DNA of 64,000 nt. Source: Octopus vulgaris. Lineage: Eukaryota. Made by a program: the position numbers and the translations under genes. The DNA lies in contig OX597814.1 in NCBI GenBank assembly GCA_951406725.2, positions 122,450,001 through 122,514,000 of the forward strand, given 5' to 3'. Each line of letters opens with the position of its first letter. The stretch's first letter is position 1. Under the pieces are notes generated by a model. That model did not search any database and had not been told where the DNA came from. It saw only the letters and a list, made by a program, of their open reading frames with translations. Positions 39,835 to 53,587 of the stretch are shown here, piece after piece.

Positions 39835-40985
39835 CAAATAAGTAACAATAATGTCCTGGTACCAGTGCACTACGGCCGTTTCAAACGGCTAAATTTAATT
39901 GATCAATGAAAACATATCAATTTGAAATAAACCGCTCTCCTCGGACGCATACGACCGTATAGATTTCCAAAACACAAGATACACCAATATATTTAAATAA
40001 ATATTTTTTCCGAGGTTTTAAATAAGTTTACCTGATATAGAAATATCTATCTTATTTTTCTAGCATTTAATCATTGGTTTTTATTCAATATAAAATGGGT
40101 ACCCCTACTTGGATGACATCTGAATTCAATTATACGTTCATTATTGAATAGTCTTAGCATGAACACCTTAGCATTATTCTAGGAAAAGCATTATGAGGTT
40201 TCTCCTATATATAAAAGAACCCCCACTTTTATGGCTTATGTTCAGTTATCTATCCTTACTTGGTTCTTAAATCGTTTTCTAAATTTTAATATTTTAATAT
40301 ACGATCTTTGATCCATAACTTTTTCCATACTTTTTAATGCCCACACTTAGATCCCATTGTGACCTCTTTTGTTTTACATTTTGGCCCCTATTATTTGATA
40401 ATCTTAATATGTTAAGTCACCGCTGTCTTTCCTCTTTCTGGTTAATACCTCCTTTCTATATATCATTATTGTATTAGCAACTTCTGAGAATATTCTTTTA
40501 TGAAGATATGGCTGGTTTTATGGTCCCAATGAAATAGGAGTAGGGGAGAGTAATTGACATTAATTCATTTATCACCACCAACAAGAACTTAAATGTCAAT
40601 TCCCATTGGATTTAAATTTAAGGGGTTGCAGACTACATGCTGCATTGAAGCTTATGAATATGATAAGGATAAAAATGAATGTAGCTATATCATCATTCCT
40701 CTTTCTTGACCCCCATTATTTCCTTCTGCCACTCTAAATTAGTATTTAGAAAAATAGCAAAGAGAAGGAATGTAATTATTTTGGTCTCCAGTACTGATGA
40801 AAAAATTGCTAAAAAATTATAATGTTGTATCCTGTGTGTTGGAAATCTATATAGTCATGTGCAACCGAGGAGAGAGGTTTATATCAAATATATGTGATGT
40901 TTTCATTGACCGATTAAATGGAGTGGCTTGAAACGGCCGCAATACACTGACACCAGGACATATTTCTTGTTAATTATTTGCTTTT
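39830..40985. mobile_element. Penelope-like element remnant: diverged ~170-bp inverted ends, each with a hammerhead, around GIY-YIG fragments
   Basis: 39830-39990 is an inverted copy of 40825-40985; minus strand LLYIGETS at about 40197-40220; + strand ELKCQFPLDLN at about 40585-40617; left end abuts (TA)n. Confidence 0.75.
39866..39949 (-). ncRNA. Type I hammerhead (CCGAGGA core variant, palindromic stem III)
   Basis: Minus strand: tgcgt CCGAGGA gagcggtt...agccgttt GAA ACGGCCGT A gtgca; the partner copy at 40859-40947 (+) has GCA instead of GTA. Confidence 0.7.
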
Positions 40986-41079
40986 TATCCACCTAACTTT
41001 GAGCTGTGTGGACCATACCGGACTGATTTAGTGCCTCAGCTTAAGTACCTAATTCAACTGAATCTTAATTATTTCTTAA

Positions 41080-41214
41080 CTTGCTTACCAACCGCATGCT
41101 TCCGGGTTCAGTCCCATTGCGTGACAGCTTGGGCAAGTGTCTTCTACTATTGCCTCGGGCCGACCAAATCCTTGTGAATGATTTCGGTGGACGGAAACTG
41201 AAAGAAGCCCGTCG

Positions 41215-41275
<61 letters not shown>

Positions 41276-41350
41276 CTGTGTATGTCCCCCAACATCGCTT
41301 GACTACCGATGCTTGTGTGTTTACGTCCCCGTAATCTAGCGGTTCGGCAA
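41080..41350 (+). mobile_element. SINE family B, partial
   Basis: Family B head and body. Confidence 0.85.
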
Positions 41351-41355
41351 ATATT

Positions 41356-41420
<65 letters not shown>

Positions 41421-41448
41421 GGAGAGATAGCTAGAAAGAAAGATTTAG

Positions 41449-41990
41449 AACCAAAAAGGCACACTTAATCGTCCTTATAAGTGATTAAGGGTGAAAGCCT
41501 ACAACCGCATTGCTAGAAATAAGAGTCGGAGGACTGTTAGCCACGAACAGAACACAATTTTATTAACTGGCAAGGGAGACAACCTCTCACAGCAAGCAGA
41601 CCGCCATCTCGACCGGCTGATTTCGGATAGAACTAAGCCTCATCGGTAATATGTAAGCTGATAGGTAAGCTAAGATCCCTTGCCACTATATATGGAAATT
41701 ACCATAGGAATTAATGACTGATTCCGTAGAATGGAAATGGGAAATTTATAAAATTATTGAGGAGGCTAGACGCAATTTAAAACCATAAAGGCACAATTCA
41801 ATAGTCACTAAAAGTGATTAAGGGTGATACTCAGCACCAATACTGGTAGAAACAAAAGTAAGACCTGTTAACCTTAAACAGGGCACGATTCTATTTACTG
41901 GCAAAGGAGACAACTTCTAACAGCAAGTGAAAGTGACAAATCGACCGGCCGATTCCACAGAGGAATCGACGTAAGCTTAAATAATAAACC
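41449..41990 (-). repeat. Diverged ~332-bp-period direct repeat with degenerate hammerhead core
   Basis: 41449-41620 aligns to 41781-41955; minus strand CCGATGA gg..cc GAAATCAGCCGGTC at 41611-41646; stem I does not pair. Confidence 0.5.
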
Positions 41991-42508
41991 ACTATAGGTG
42001 AACCGCGATATTGCGAGGGATTGCTGTGTGTATATATGTGTGTGTGCGTGTGTCTGTGTGTGTGTGCGTTTGTTTTTTTTTTATGCTTCTCAACTAACAG
42101 CACTTATGTTAACAAACATACCCGTAAATTAGCTTTTCAGGAAAAACTCCAACGACAAAAGTCATACTAGTGGGGTCACTTCGTTCAAACAGAACACTTC
42201 GAGGTGGTGAACCAGCATGACCCCACACCAATTAATGAAGCAAGTGAAAGATAGAAAAATATATCAATGTTTTTTATGGGTACTGTAAATATATCCAATA
42301 CATAATCGGATAACTAAGCGTTCCACAAATTTGAAAGGTACAAAATAAATACATTCGGAGAAAGATGTACGAATATTTAGTTTTATTTGAAACAAATATA
42401 TTGTATGTTATAATCCATTTCAGCACTGGAAGATTGGAAGTTAATCCATTAGAGTAATATCTGAAAAACTTTCATCTACTGAAACAAGTAATAAGACGCA
42501 AGCTATTG

Positions 42509-42545
<37 letters not shown>

Positions 42546-42848
42546 TGAAACTAACGTTCATATATGCATCAATATACATGAACATATATTTGTCTATTTG
42601 CGTATATAAACTTGCATATATGTACAAATATATATATATGTTTATGTAGATACATACATAGATACATATATGCCTTTATTAATGTATGTTTCATATCTAC
42701 ATAGATACACACATATTAAACAAACAGTTATACATGCAAGAACGTGTATGTGCAACTATCTGTGAATTTGCATATATAAATGTAGATAATACACATATAT
42801 AATAATGAATATATATATATATATATATTTACACACACGCATACCTTA

Positions 42849-42900
<52 letters not shown>

Positions 42901-43970
42901 GTATGTATGCATGCATGCATGTATGTATTTTTAATGTATTTACTATATAGAAATCCTTACATACACAGTGGGATACATATGAGCAGACATAGTTAAATGC
43001 ATACATATTCACATACATAACAATCCAGAAGGAGAATTATCATAGAAAACCGTTTCCATAACTTCATCTCCTCCAACGCTACTACACATTCAAGTTTTCC
43101 GAAAAAACCCTTTGGAGCGTATGATTATATGAGTAAAAGCTTAAGTGAAAATCTAAAAAAGCATGGATTTCCTGTCAAAGAATGAAACTGACTAACAAGT
43201 GCTTTGTAAATTCACTCTGTAAGTGGAACAGTAAAAATACGCGGTTTTTCTAAAGTTCAATATGTAATTCTTATCATTGCAGTGACCACAATTCTGGCGA
43301 TGGAATTTTTGTCTCTGTTTTAGAAACTAGCTCCTTCATTTTAGGAATAATTCTTATAAATAAATAAGAAAGTGGAAGCGTACATATATTTGTACATCTG
43401 AGTTTGTTTATTTCTTCTCCTTCGTCATCGTCTTCTTCTTCTTCTTCTTCTTCTTCTTCTTCTTCTTCTTCTTCTTCTTCTTCTTCTTCTTCTTCTTCTC
43501 CTTCTTCTTCTTCTTCTTCTTCTTCTTCTTCTTCTTCTTCTTCTTCTTCTTCTTCTTCTTCTTCTTCTTCTTCTTCTTCTTCTTCTCTTCCTTTTTACTC
43601 TTCTCCTTCTCGCCTTCTATCTCCTTCCTGTGCTTATCCTCTGTCTTACATATTATTATCGTCATGGATTTGTCTGTTCATACTGCACTTTCATTCTTAT
43701 ATTTACGTATTGCATTTTTGTTTCCATACATAAGCAACATGGAAATCGTGACTGTCACACGTTTTCTTTTGCAAGCCTGATGAAATGATTACTCCAATGT
43801 CTTCAACTGAATACGTTACGTAACTTGTCATGTGAAATCATTTTGTTCAATGGCGTTAAAAAGAGATTGCTGCCGAAACAATTGTAACTAGTAGTAAAGA
43901 TTACCATGTTCATTGTTCGTCTTCGTATTACGATTATACATACATATACAGAGACATATATACACACACT

Positions 43971-44128
<158 letters not shown>

Positions 44129-44276
44129 TGTTTGTGCATGTGTGATGTATGTAGATGTGCGTATATTGACGTCTTTGTTGGTAAGTATATATGTGTTTTC
44201 TTTAGCTCTCTCTTTGTCTCTCTCTTTCTCTCTCTCTCCCCCTCTCTCTCTCTCTCCTATTCTTATACTTTCGCAG

Positions 44277-44365
44277 CTCTGCATTTCTTTGTCGACGCTG
44301 CTGCCATTCCACGAAGACCATTTTAACGAGACATTCATGACTGATACAGCTCTAACCCAAACCAG
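44277..44365 (+). CDS. Candidate alternative exon (MTDTALTQT-R from ATG 44337)
   Basis: Long pyrimidine tract plus cgcag acceptor; CAG|GTAAA donor; open frame ends in phase 2, compatible with exon 63759. Confidence 0.4.
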
Positions 44366-45506
44366 GTAAAATATTATGAGTTTATTCAGCTGATCACACG
44401 AATGTATGTTATTCCTTTGATGTGACTGCGATGCTATTGAACTGTGCCACGCTACATGGCCTATACATCGCTACCTATATAGTTATTATTCTTTTATATT
44501 GCGTATGTTAATTTTTCTCTTGTTGTTTTATTATTTAGACTTGCAGAAATTAGTCTCCATACGCGATTATTGAAATCAGTTTCAACAATTAAATCGAAAT
44601 CTATCCTGTACTGCCCATATCAGTTATCTACTTCATTGTTATATTACAATATTACAGCATTTTGGATGTAGAAATAATGGTTTTATGCTCATCACCTCTT
44701 TGATCTTGCGATATTGAATAGAACTTCTCGTACTTCTATTATAGTAACTACAATGCTTTTTGTTTCATACAGAATCGACTATAGTATTCTGCTAGACAAA
44801 CACAGACCCAGTGACAAGCTGGGCTGCACATCGTTAATGATAATTGCAGAACAAAAGCAAATTTCGTTCTCTGGCTCGAGACCGATTTAATCGTCTTTAA
44901 TGTGGCTACCGCAACCAAATAGACGCACACGGTTATGAGAGAGAAGCCTCTATGTACGTAATCTGCAACGACAGGAGCCAAATATTCCTCGAGTAAAAAG
45001 AACATATTTGATATTATAGTGTTACATGTACTTAAGTGAAGGCGCGTGGCGTGGTGTTATGTGTATGATAAAAGCTAGAACGGTAATTCGTGAGTTCGTT
45101 TCTCGGATTGTTTAGCGCATTGTGACTTTCAAATGGCTTCAGCTCTGTCATTTGTAAATGTGTATCAGCGACAGCTGTGGGGCCAACACTTCGGTGGAGT
45201 GACATCCCGTTGAAGAGCAGTCTTATAGTCTCTGTGACAACAGGAGAAACGGGAATGACTGCGGTATAATAGACATGTTAACTCGAGACTAACTTTAATT
45301 TAACTAAATATAAGCTTAAAATCCGATAGTCTTCGTAGAGGTACATTTGCGAATGTTTGCTCCATGAAGGTTGATCTGAGATTGTTTTCTGGAAGCTTAG
45401 GTCTTATAAAGCTGGTTACTTGGTTTCCACGACGTATACAGTATGTTCAGGCTCCTTTTACACGCATATAATTATTCATAAATTTGTTCATTTACATCAA
45501 TATCTA

Positions 45507-45769
<263 letters not shown>

Positions 45770-46199
45770 GTATATATGTATGTATACATATACTCATTCA
45801 GTTTCATGTATATTGCTGAAAAGTCAACGGTGTTGGAGAGTATGAAGATTATAGATGTAGATTAGAAAAGCTGGCATGGAAGATTGGAAGCCATCTGAAT
45901 ATTGGAAAAGAGTTAACCATACCATAATGTCTCGCGCCGAGTGTTAAAATGTTATTATGACTGTTGCTCAATGCTCTGAACACTGTAAAGGCTGTATGGC
46001 GTGAGATAGAGAGCTGCAACAGAGACTACAAAGCTATGGTTAGAGAGAAGAGACACATCAAGCGGTCAGCATCTTGCAATTCATCCCCGCATCTGTAGAC
46101 AGAGTCTTAAGCTCAATTGAGACGTCTATGTGAAGACTGGTGGAGACTGTAGTCAATCCGTTGCTGGGGATGGCTGCTGCTGGGTGGTCATATGTGTAG

Positions 46200-46400
46200 C
46201 AACAGAATTCAGCTTGTTGCCATACTACGCCTTTACCAACCCCAATTTCTGGCCTCACAGTTACCCTGATTCTAATCCTATAGATTACTATGTGTGGGGC
46301 GCGTTTGTGAAACGTATCAACCACTCTGCTTGCAACACCAAGGCCGAGCTGGTGGCTCAGATCAAGGAGGTGTACAAATATTTTCTCAGAAACACAGACT
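46200..46400 (+). pseudogene. Tc1/mariner (DD37D-like) transposase C-terminal relic
   Basis: FWPHSYPDSNPIDYYVWGAF..NTKAELVAQIKEV. Confidence 0.7.
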
Positions 46401-46788
46401 GTCAAGTCAAAATGGAAAGACTGAGCTTGGTCTTTATTTTTATTTTCCTTTTCATTCCTTCTATAAATTTAGATAGTAAAACCCATGGCATTAAACCAAC
46501 ATCCACTTCTCATTACCCATACTAATCATGTATGAATCATTTTGTACATATTCTGTCCATGTTTGAAATCGGTTCTTTCTGAAATGTCCTTATCAACTTC
46601 GCTTTGTTGTCTCATTTTATTCAAAATATATATACATGTGTGTGTGTGTATACTATATATACTATACATTATTTACTATTTATATATATATATATATGTA
46701 CATATATGTATACATATTTTATGCATATATATATATATATATATATACATATGTATGTATGTATTTATACATGTAAGTACTTGTGTGT

Positions 46789-46820
<32 letters not shown>

Positions 46821-46969
46821 ATACGAAGTTCTATGGAATGTTCTGTCTGAGTACATGTGTGTTTGAATATGTGGAAAATTGTTTCTTGTAACAACTATAA
46901 TTATAGTCACCTTCACTGATGCATAATCATTGAATGGAGACGTTTTTTATGATAACATGAAGTTCCTAT

Positions 46970-48450
46970 ATGGAGAAAATGCCAAGGAACAACAAGGCAA
47001 GGAGTATACTTGTGACATTATGAATTTACGAGGTTATAATACAAGCAAGGGAACTAAAAGTGCTCAAAAAAGCTCGCAGTAAAGTTGCAGTGAATGAAAG
47101 AACTTGCAAAGGATAGTAGAATTTCAATGCATTTAATGATCCTTTTTCAAGACTTCTTTCCAAATTAAATGACGAAATACTGGAGGCAGCACTTGCAAGG
47201 AACCCTGTTGTGACAGTGATAGAGAGCATTCGGTTGAACTTCATGTTAGCATCATAACGAATCATAATCATTTAAAGAAGCTAGGAAAAGTTCTAAATTG
47301 AGTGAAATGGTTTCTTCGAGTTTTTCATCGAAAATCTAACGAACGCTTGCCTTAGAAATGTCTCTATGTATACACGCAACATAGAAACACTATTTTAAAA
47401 CCGGATCGTGAATGGAGATTAAGAAATGGTTTCTTTAAAGCAATATGAAGTGACGCAGCCTATGGTTGGGCCAATATATATATATATATTGGGTTGTCCT
47501 GAAAGTTCGTGCCGATTTTTAAAGGAAAGAAAAAGGTCAATAAATACTTGCCATTACATTTTTAATCAACCAAATATGAACCATTTTATTGCACAATGCG
47601 TCTCCATCTTTCCTTTAACTTGAAAATACCCTCTTCCCAGAATTGAGGTGTTTTCATGGCAAAGAATTCATAAACGTATCTTTTTACGTCATCCAAGGAA
47701 TTGAAATTTTTACCATTAAGACTATTCTGCAGAGACCTGAATAAGTGGAAATCCGAAGGAGCAATATCTGGTGAATATGGAGGGTGGGGTAACACATCCC
47801 AGCATCAAGTGCTGAAAATGAACTTTCTTATCTTCCATTTTAAAGGGTTACAGAATTAACACAGATTATAGGAGCATAAACCTTCTTCCACGAAAAGATA
47901 GCTTGAACTGTGCTCTAAATGTAGGTGTAGTCAAATCCTATTTTATGGTCTCAACCATGTTATAAGTCGAAATGTAAGCTACTATGAATCGGCAAGAACT
48001 TTCCGGACAACCCAATGTGTATATATATATATATATATACAAACGTACAACGAATATGAGATGCTGGGGTCTCAGACAAAGAGATTTTCACTGAGTATTT
48101 GGTAGTTTACGGAAGGAATAATTCTTTAAGATCTCTGAGAGTCGAATCAAACTACCGCTTCTAAAGTCAACTATCAGCATGGTTACCATTTCCATAGTGC
48201 TCTGGCCAGAAAGAATCTGCCTTAATAACCCGCAGGGAAGGGTTTCTTTCATCAGGGTAAATGCAGAGATCACAAGAATTGCTCTGCAAACGTTTCAGAC
48301 TCCGCTCTGTCAGACACATTTATTTCGATCCTTGCGAAAACAAACTCATATGAAGAGAATGGCGAGCAAGGAAATCATAGCAAAGTAATTAGATATATAT
48401 TGAAATTCAAAACTCAAGTATTTTTCAACTCAAAACTTACAAATGGATGG
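46970..48450 (+). pseudogene. Ancient mariner transposase, interrupted by a younger mariner
   Basis: Broken motifs AVNERTC, LGKVL..KW, NRIVNGD.KW, FHQG.NA and HLFRSL, in order on either side of 47489-48015. Confidence 0.6.
47489..48015 (-). mobile_element. Internally deleted mariner, same family as 29924-30489
   Basis: Terminal inverted repeats ttgggttgtcc.gaaagttc.tgccgatt; LPHPPYSPDIAPSDFHLFRSLQNSL. Confidence 0.93.
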
Positions 48451-48602
48451 AGAGAAAATGTAAGCAATTGTATGTTCTATCTTTTGTAGCTCCTACTTGT
48501 TTCAGTCATTTGACTGCGGCCATACTGGCGCACGGCCTTGAAGGGTCCTGGTCGAAGAAATCGACCTCAGGAATTTATTAAAGCCTGGTACGTATTCTAT
48601 CG

Positions 48603-48714
<112 letters not shown>

Positions 48715-48827
48715 ATATATATATCAACAATAAAGGAACGGCCATAGAAATAACAGCCAAAGCTTCAACCGCAAATAAAAGTTAATTCAGTAAACCAGGA
48801 GAAAATTAAAAAAACATTTACCCTGTA

Positions 48828-48934
48828 ATTTCTTATACGATATACCGTTTCATCTGCTGATTAATGGTAAACTAACCTGATTAAATTAAATCAAGCCAAT
48901 CTTCCACAGGCCCTCAGATTCTTCAGTAAGAAAT
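48828..48934 (-). ncRNA. Intact type I hammerhead, array unit 1
   Basis: Minus strand: atttctta CTGAAGA atctg...cagat GAA ACGgtatatCGT A taagaaat; 8-bp stem I; predicted cut between 48836 and 48835. Confidence 0.88.
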
Positions 48935-49319
48935 AGCCCAAGACGGAACAGATATTTTCACGAGGCATTTCCGACGTTGCCAAGTTAATATCTGACCTAA
49001 AATTTTCAAATCGTCGCACTCGCGCCAAATTTATCGGCAGCAAATAAATATAAGCCGTCGATTCCATTACGGAATTAACCAGAAAATTCATAATTAATCA
49101 ATATAGGGTGGCAAAAAGATTTTGTAGAATTCTTTTGCCACCAGCGGCCTAGTAGGAAAAAATTAAAATAGTCATAGACCATTTTTAAGTTCAACATCAA
49201 CAATAAAGGAACGGCCATAATAGGCCATTCACCCACTAGAAATAACAGCCAAAGCTTCAACCGCAAATAAAAGTTAATTCAGTAAACCAGGAGAAAATTT
49301 AAAAAACATTTACCCTGTA

Positions 49320-49426
49320 ATTTCTTATACGATATACCGTTTCATCTGCTGATTAATGGTAAACTAACCTGATTAAATTAAATCAAGCCAATCTTCCACA
49401 GGCCCTCAGATTCTTCAGTAAGAAAT
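49320..49426 (-). ncRNA. Intact type I hammerhead, array unit 2
   Basis: Identical to unit 1, shifted by 492 bp. Confidence 0.88.
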
Positions 49427-49897
49427 AGCCCAAGACGGAACAGATATTTTCACGAGGCATTTCCGACGTTGCCAAGTTAATATCTGACCTAAAATTTTCA
49501 AATCGTCGCACTCGCGCCAAATTTATCGGCAGCAAATAAATATAAGCCGTCGATTCCATTACGGAATTAACCAGAAAATTCATAATTAATCAATATAGGG
49601 TGGCAAAAAAATTTTGTAGAATTCTTTTGCCACCAGCGGCCTAGTAGGAAAAAATTAAAATAGTCATAGACCATTTTTAAGTTCAACATCAACAATAAAG
49701 GAACGGCCATAATAGGCCATTCACCCACTAGAAATAACAGCCAAAGCTTCAACCGCAAATAAAAGTTAATTCAGTAAACCAGGAGAAAATTTAAAAAACA
49801 TTTACCCTGTAATTTCTTATACGATATACCGTTTCATCTGCTGATTAATGGTAAACTAACCTGATTAATTAAATCAAGCCAATCAAGCCTATATTGA

Positions 49898-49948
<51 letters not shown>

Positions 49949-49949
<1 letters not shown>

Positions 49950-50648
49950 ATAAATATAAGAGAATGGTCACTATGTGGCTCATTCTAGCACTAGAAAATC
50001 CAAAAGGTTTCAACCACAAAAATACATGTTTCCTATGAAAAGTCAGTACGATTGTTAGCTCACACGAACAGGGCAAATAAAAAATAACAAAAATACAGAT
50101 TATTTTGGGACAATTGTTTCGCTATTAATGAATTAAATGTAATTTTACTTACAAAAAACCCACTTGTAGTTTCTCAGCCAAAACTATCTGGATGAAATCC
50201 ACTCAATCACACGCCAGATTTTACCATAACGATAAATACACGTGTGGTTCAATTGATTACATCCGACGTTATAATTCAAATGCCTTACCAACAGTTTGGC
50301 GCGCTGTTGGTAAGGGCATTTGAATTATAACGTCGGATGTAATCAATTGAACCACACGTGTATTTATCGTTATGGTAAAATCTGGCGTGTGATTGAGTGG
50401 ATTTCATCCAGATAGTTTTGGCTGAGGAGCTACAAGTGGGGTTTTTGTAAGTAAAATTACATTTAATTCATTAATAGCGAAACAATTGTCCCAAAATAAT
50501 CTGTAATTTTGTTATTTTTTATTTGCCCTGTTCGTGTGAGCTAACAATCGTACTGACTTTCATAGGAAACATGTATTTTTGTGGTTGAAACCTTTTGATT
50601 TTCTAGTGCTAGAATGAGCCACATAGTGACCATTCTCTTATATTTATT
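49949..50648. repeat. Near-perfect long inverted repeat (~346-bp arms, 9-nt spacer), PLE-type fold-back
   Basis: Arms 49949-50294 and 50304-50648 with spacer tttggcgcg; (TA)n on the left and about 120 bp beyond the right arm. Confidence 0.95.
50416..50496 (+). ncRNA. Intact type I hammerhead with palindromic stem III
   Basis: ttttgg CTGAGGA gcta...tagc GAA ACAATTGT C ccaaaa; GUC site, cut after 50490; the mirror copy 50103-50183 (-) reads CTGAGAA acta (G8 and G10.1 changed to A). Confidence 0.88.
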
Positions 50649-50778
50649 TTTGTATAAAATATTGTAATATATTATAAAATATTATAATAATCCAGGTTTC
50701 TCGAGGCACTGGACCACTTGGTGTTGAATAGATATGCTATTAAATTAGTATCTAATTCTCTCACCCTTATTAATTAAT

Positions 50779-50909
<131 letters not shown>

Positions 50910-52357
50910 GATCTTCATACACTGGCTATTTGAGATAAGTTATGCATGATTCATTGACGCTCAAACAGTAGAGAACTGAATGAAATACCTCGAAATGGTG
51001 GCTAACTATCTTCTGCATAAGATTTCAAAGAACGCTCGATGAAATGCGTACCAGTAATATAACATTGTTAATTCTACAGACTGTACCCATCCCAGTTCAC
51101 ATGTATGACTTTGTTACGATGCAAAATTAAATGTTAGATAGCCAGAACAATGCAATTCATTAGAAAATTGAATTAAAATATATTTTGTTAGATATATGTA
51201 CAGACATCGCAGGAAATGGAGAGGATAAAGTGTGAAATAGCGTGAAGATATGGAGAATCAAAATAAAACCTTGTTTGGTGGGGGAACAGAAATCAATATT
51301 CTGTGGTCTTAAATCAATAGGAACATAGGCAATTATTTCAGAGGAAAAGAATAAAACAAATCCTAACCTATTATTCCTTTGTCATGGCCCTTAATTTTGG
51401 TTAGAGAAACGTTTTCATTCGTTCACATAACAATATTTCTAAATTGCAAGCTTTTCAGAGACGAATGTCAGAATGTTCTTAACATGAAGCAAATTAAGAA
51501 ATACATAATGAAAATAGCGGAAATAAATCGAGATGAATTATAAAACATTCCAACTTATATCAGAATACTCTGGAAAGATTTTATTATATAATGGAATACA
51601 ACAAACACATGGAATGCACAAGAAAAGAATACTGGTCTTGGTTAATAGAGGAATCTATAATAGTAGATTATAAACAAGTATAATATGTGAGGAAATAAGA
51701 AAAGGTTCACGTGAAAGTACATCAGGCCCATTATTTGGAGATTGAATCTAATATAGAATGGTTTTTCCATGTGATCTTTTTCACTGGTAGAATAATTACT
51801 TGCGCAGTTTCAATGTTATCAGATGATCGAGTCAATTACACGACTTAAAACGAGAAGAGGTATTCATTAATGGGAAATAATCCCGATTGACTTATTGTTC
51901 CCGTATCACCGTCGTATATTAATGCTGCTAAATGTAAACGATTGAGGGATGATCGTCAGAATATCCATAATACGGTGACAAAGAAAAATAGATTAATAAA
52001 ATATAGGAAGTCACTCTCTATCAGTGTTTCTTCTGTATTTTTTCTGTATTTCCTCTCTTTTTGCGGCCATCATACCGATTCTGCCACCCACGTACAATAC
52101 GAAGAAGTTGGTCTTATATACGACGCAATGTATTGTGCAGTATTAATAGCGTTATATTAATTTAACATTAGCAGCCTTAAAATCAATAGCAAGGTAAATA
52201 AATCTAGGGAAATCAGTGTGAATAATGACAGAAAAAAATTGCTCCACTTGAAAAAAGGTTTCTCTGTCGAATACCCGAAAATTGTCCCTGTAATGTTGAA
52301 ATTTCTTTCAGAGAGTAAATTTTCTCCGGGTTAAGTATTGCAGTTGTAGATCATTAT

Positions 52358-52775
52358 AAGGCGGTGAGCTGTCAGAATCGTTAGCTTGCGTGGCGAAATG
52401 CTTTGTGGTATTTCGTCTGCCGCTGCGTTCTGAGTTCAAGTTCCGCCGAGGTCGACTTTGCCTTTCATCCTTTCGGGGTCGATAAATTAAGTACCAGTTA
52501 CGCCCTGGGGTTGATATAATCGACTTAATCCGTATATCTGTCCTTGTTTGTCTCCTCTGTGTTTAGCCCCTTGTGGGCAGTAAAGAAATAGGTATTTCGT
52601 CTGCCGTTACGTTCTGAGTTCAAATTCCTCCGAGGACGGCTTTGCCTTTCATCCTTTCAGGGTCGATAAATTAAGTACCAGTTACGCACTGGGGTCGATA
52701 TAATCGGCTTAATCCCTTTGTCTGTCCTTACTTGTCCCTCTCTTTTTAGCCCCTTGTGCTCAATAAAGAAATAAG
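52358..52775 (+). mobile_element. SINE family A dimer
   Basis: Full monomer plus headless monomer; flanks agttgtagatcattata / agttgcagatcgttata look like a target-site duplication. Confidence 0.9.
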
Positions 52776-53587
52776 TTGCAGATCGTTATATGTGAGGCTG
52801 TTGCATTATTTGAAGCTGTTCCTAGTAATGTTAATGTCGCGTGTGAGGATAAAATTACTTCACTTCCATAAATATACATTCTTAACCTGATGACATTCTA
52901 TCCCTATACGTCGGCATTGTCGTTATTGTTCGATCAGACCTATCATCAAAAATATTCCAGTTGGGTCTTTTCCGACTATCTTTATATCCAATACTCTATT
53001 GCCCAATGAGTCCTATCTTTTTTTAAGACGCTATGGTATAATTAAAGGGAAAATTGCTTGCTATTTCTAGCGGACAGAACAACCGAGATAGTGACACCAC
53101 TCGTTAGCTTGAATTGCAGTATTCTTAGATATTCTGTTTTATGTTGTACATTTGCTAATTTGGTTGTTGCTGAATATTTTATATGCGGAATGTTTGTGCT
53201 TTCGTAGGTTGATCGTATTTCAAATGGAAGATAATATATGACGTTATCATTGTATAGAAACCAAATAATATTTAGTGGGTACAATGTAGAAGTTCATGTT
53301 ACTGATGTCATTCTCTTAATTGTAAACTAGTTCTGCTCAAGGCACTCGTAAGACTAAAGAGAGATTGCAGAGCTAACCTGAAGCGAAGTAGAGCTGACTT
53401 AAGTCAAAACAAGGAAACAAGCAGCACTATTACAATCCCTGATTGTACATGTAAATGGTTGATCAAACTGCTAGAAATAACAACCACATTTTATTCTCCT
53501 ACACATTAATAAATAAACTATTTACAGTTTCGTTTTTGTATTTGGTTTACAAGGTTCTTTATATGAGTTCGTGTGTTGAAGCATATT

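Larger units (their letters stand above)
48723..49884 (-). mobile_element. Retrozyme-like tandem array: about 2.3 near-identical 492-bp units, between (TA)n tracts
   Basis: Exact 492-bp period (ATTTCTTA at 48828, 49320, 49812); two complete hammerheads and one half; no recognisable protein. Confidence 0.85.

Noticed and set aside
48891-49758. Duplicated 63- and 66-aa ORFs
   Set aside because: They recur only because of the 492-bp tandem unit and have no recognisable motif
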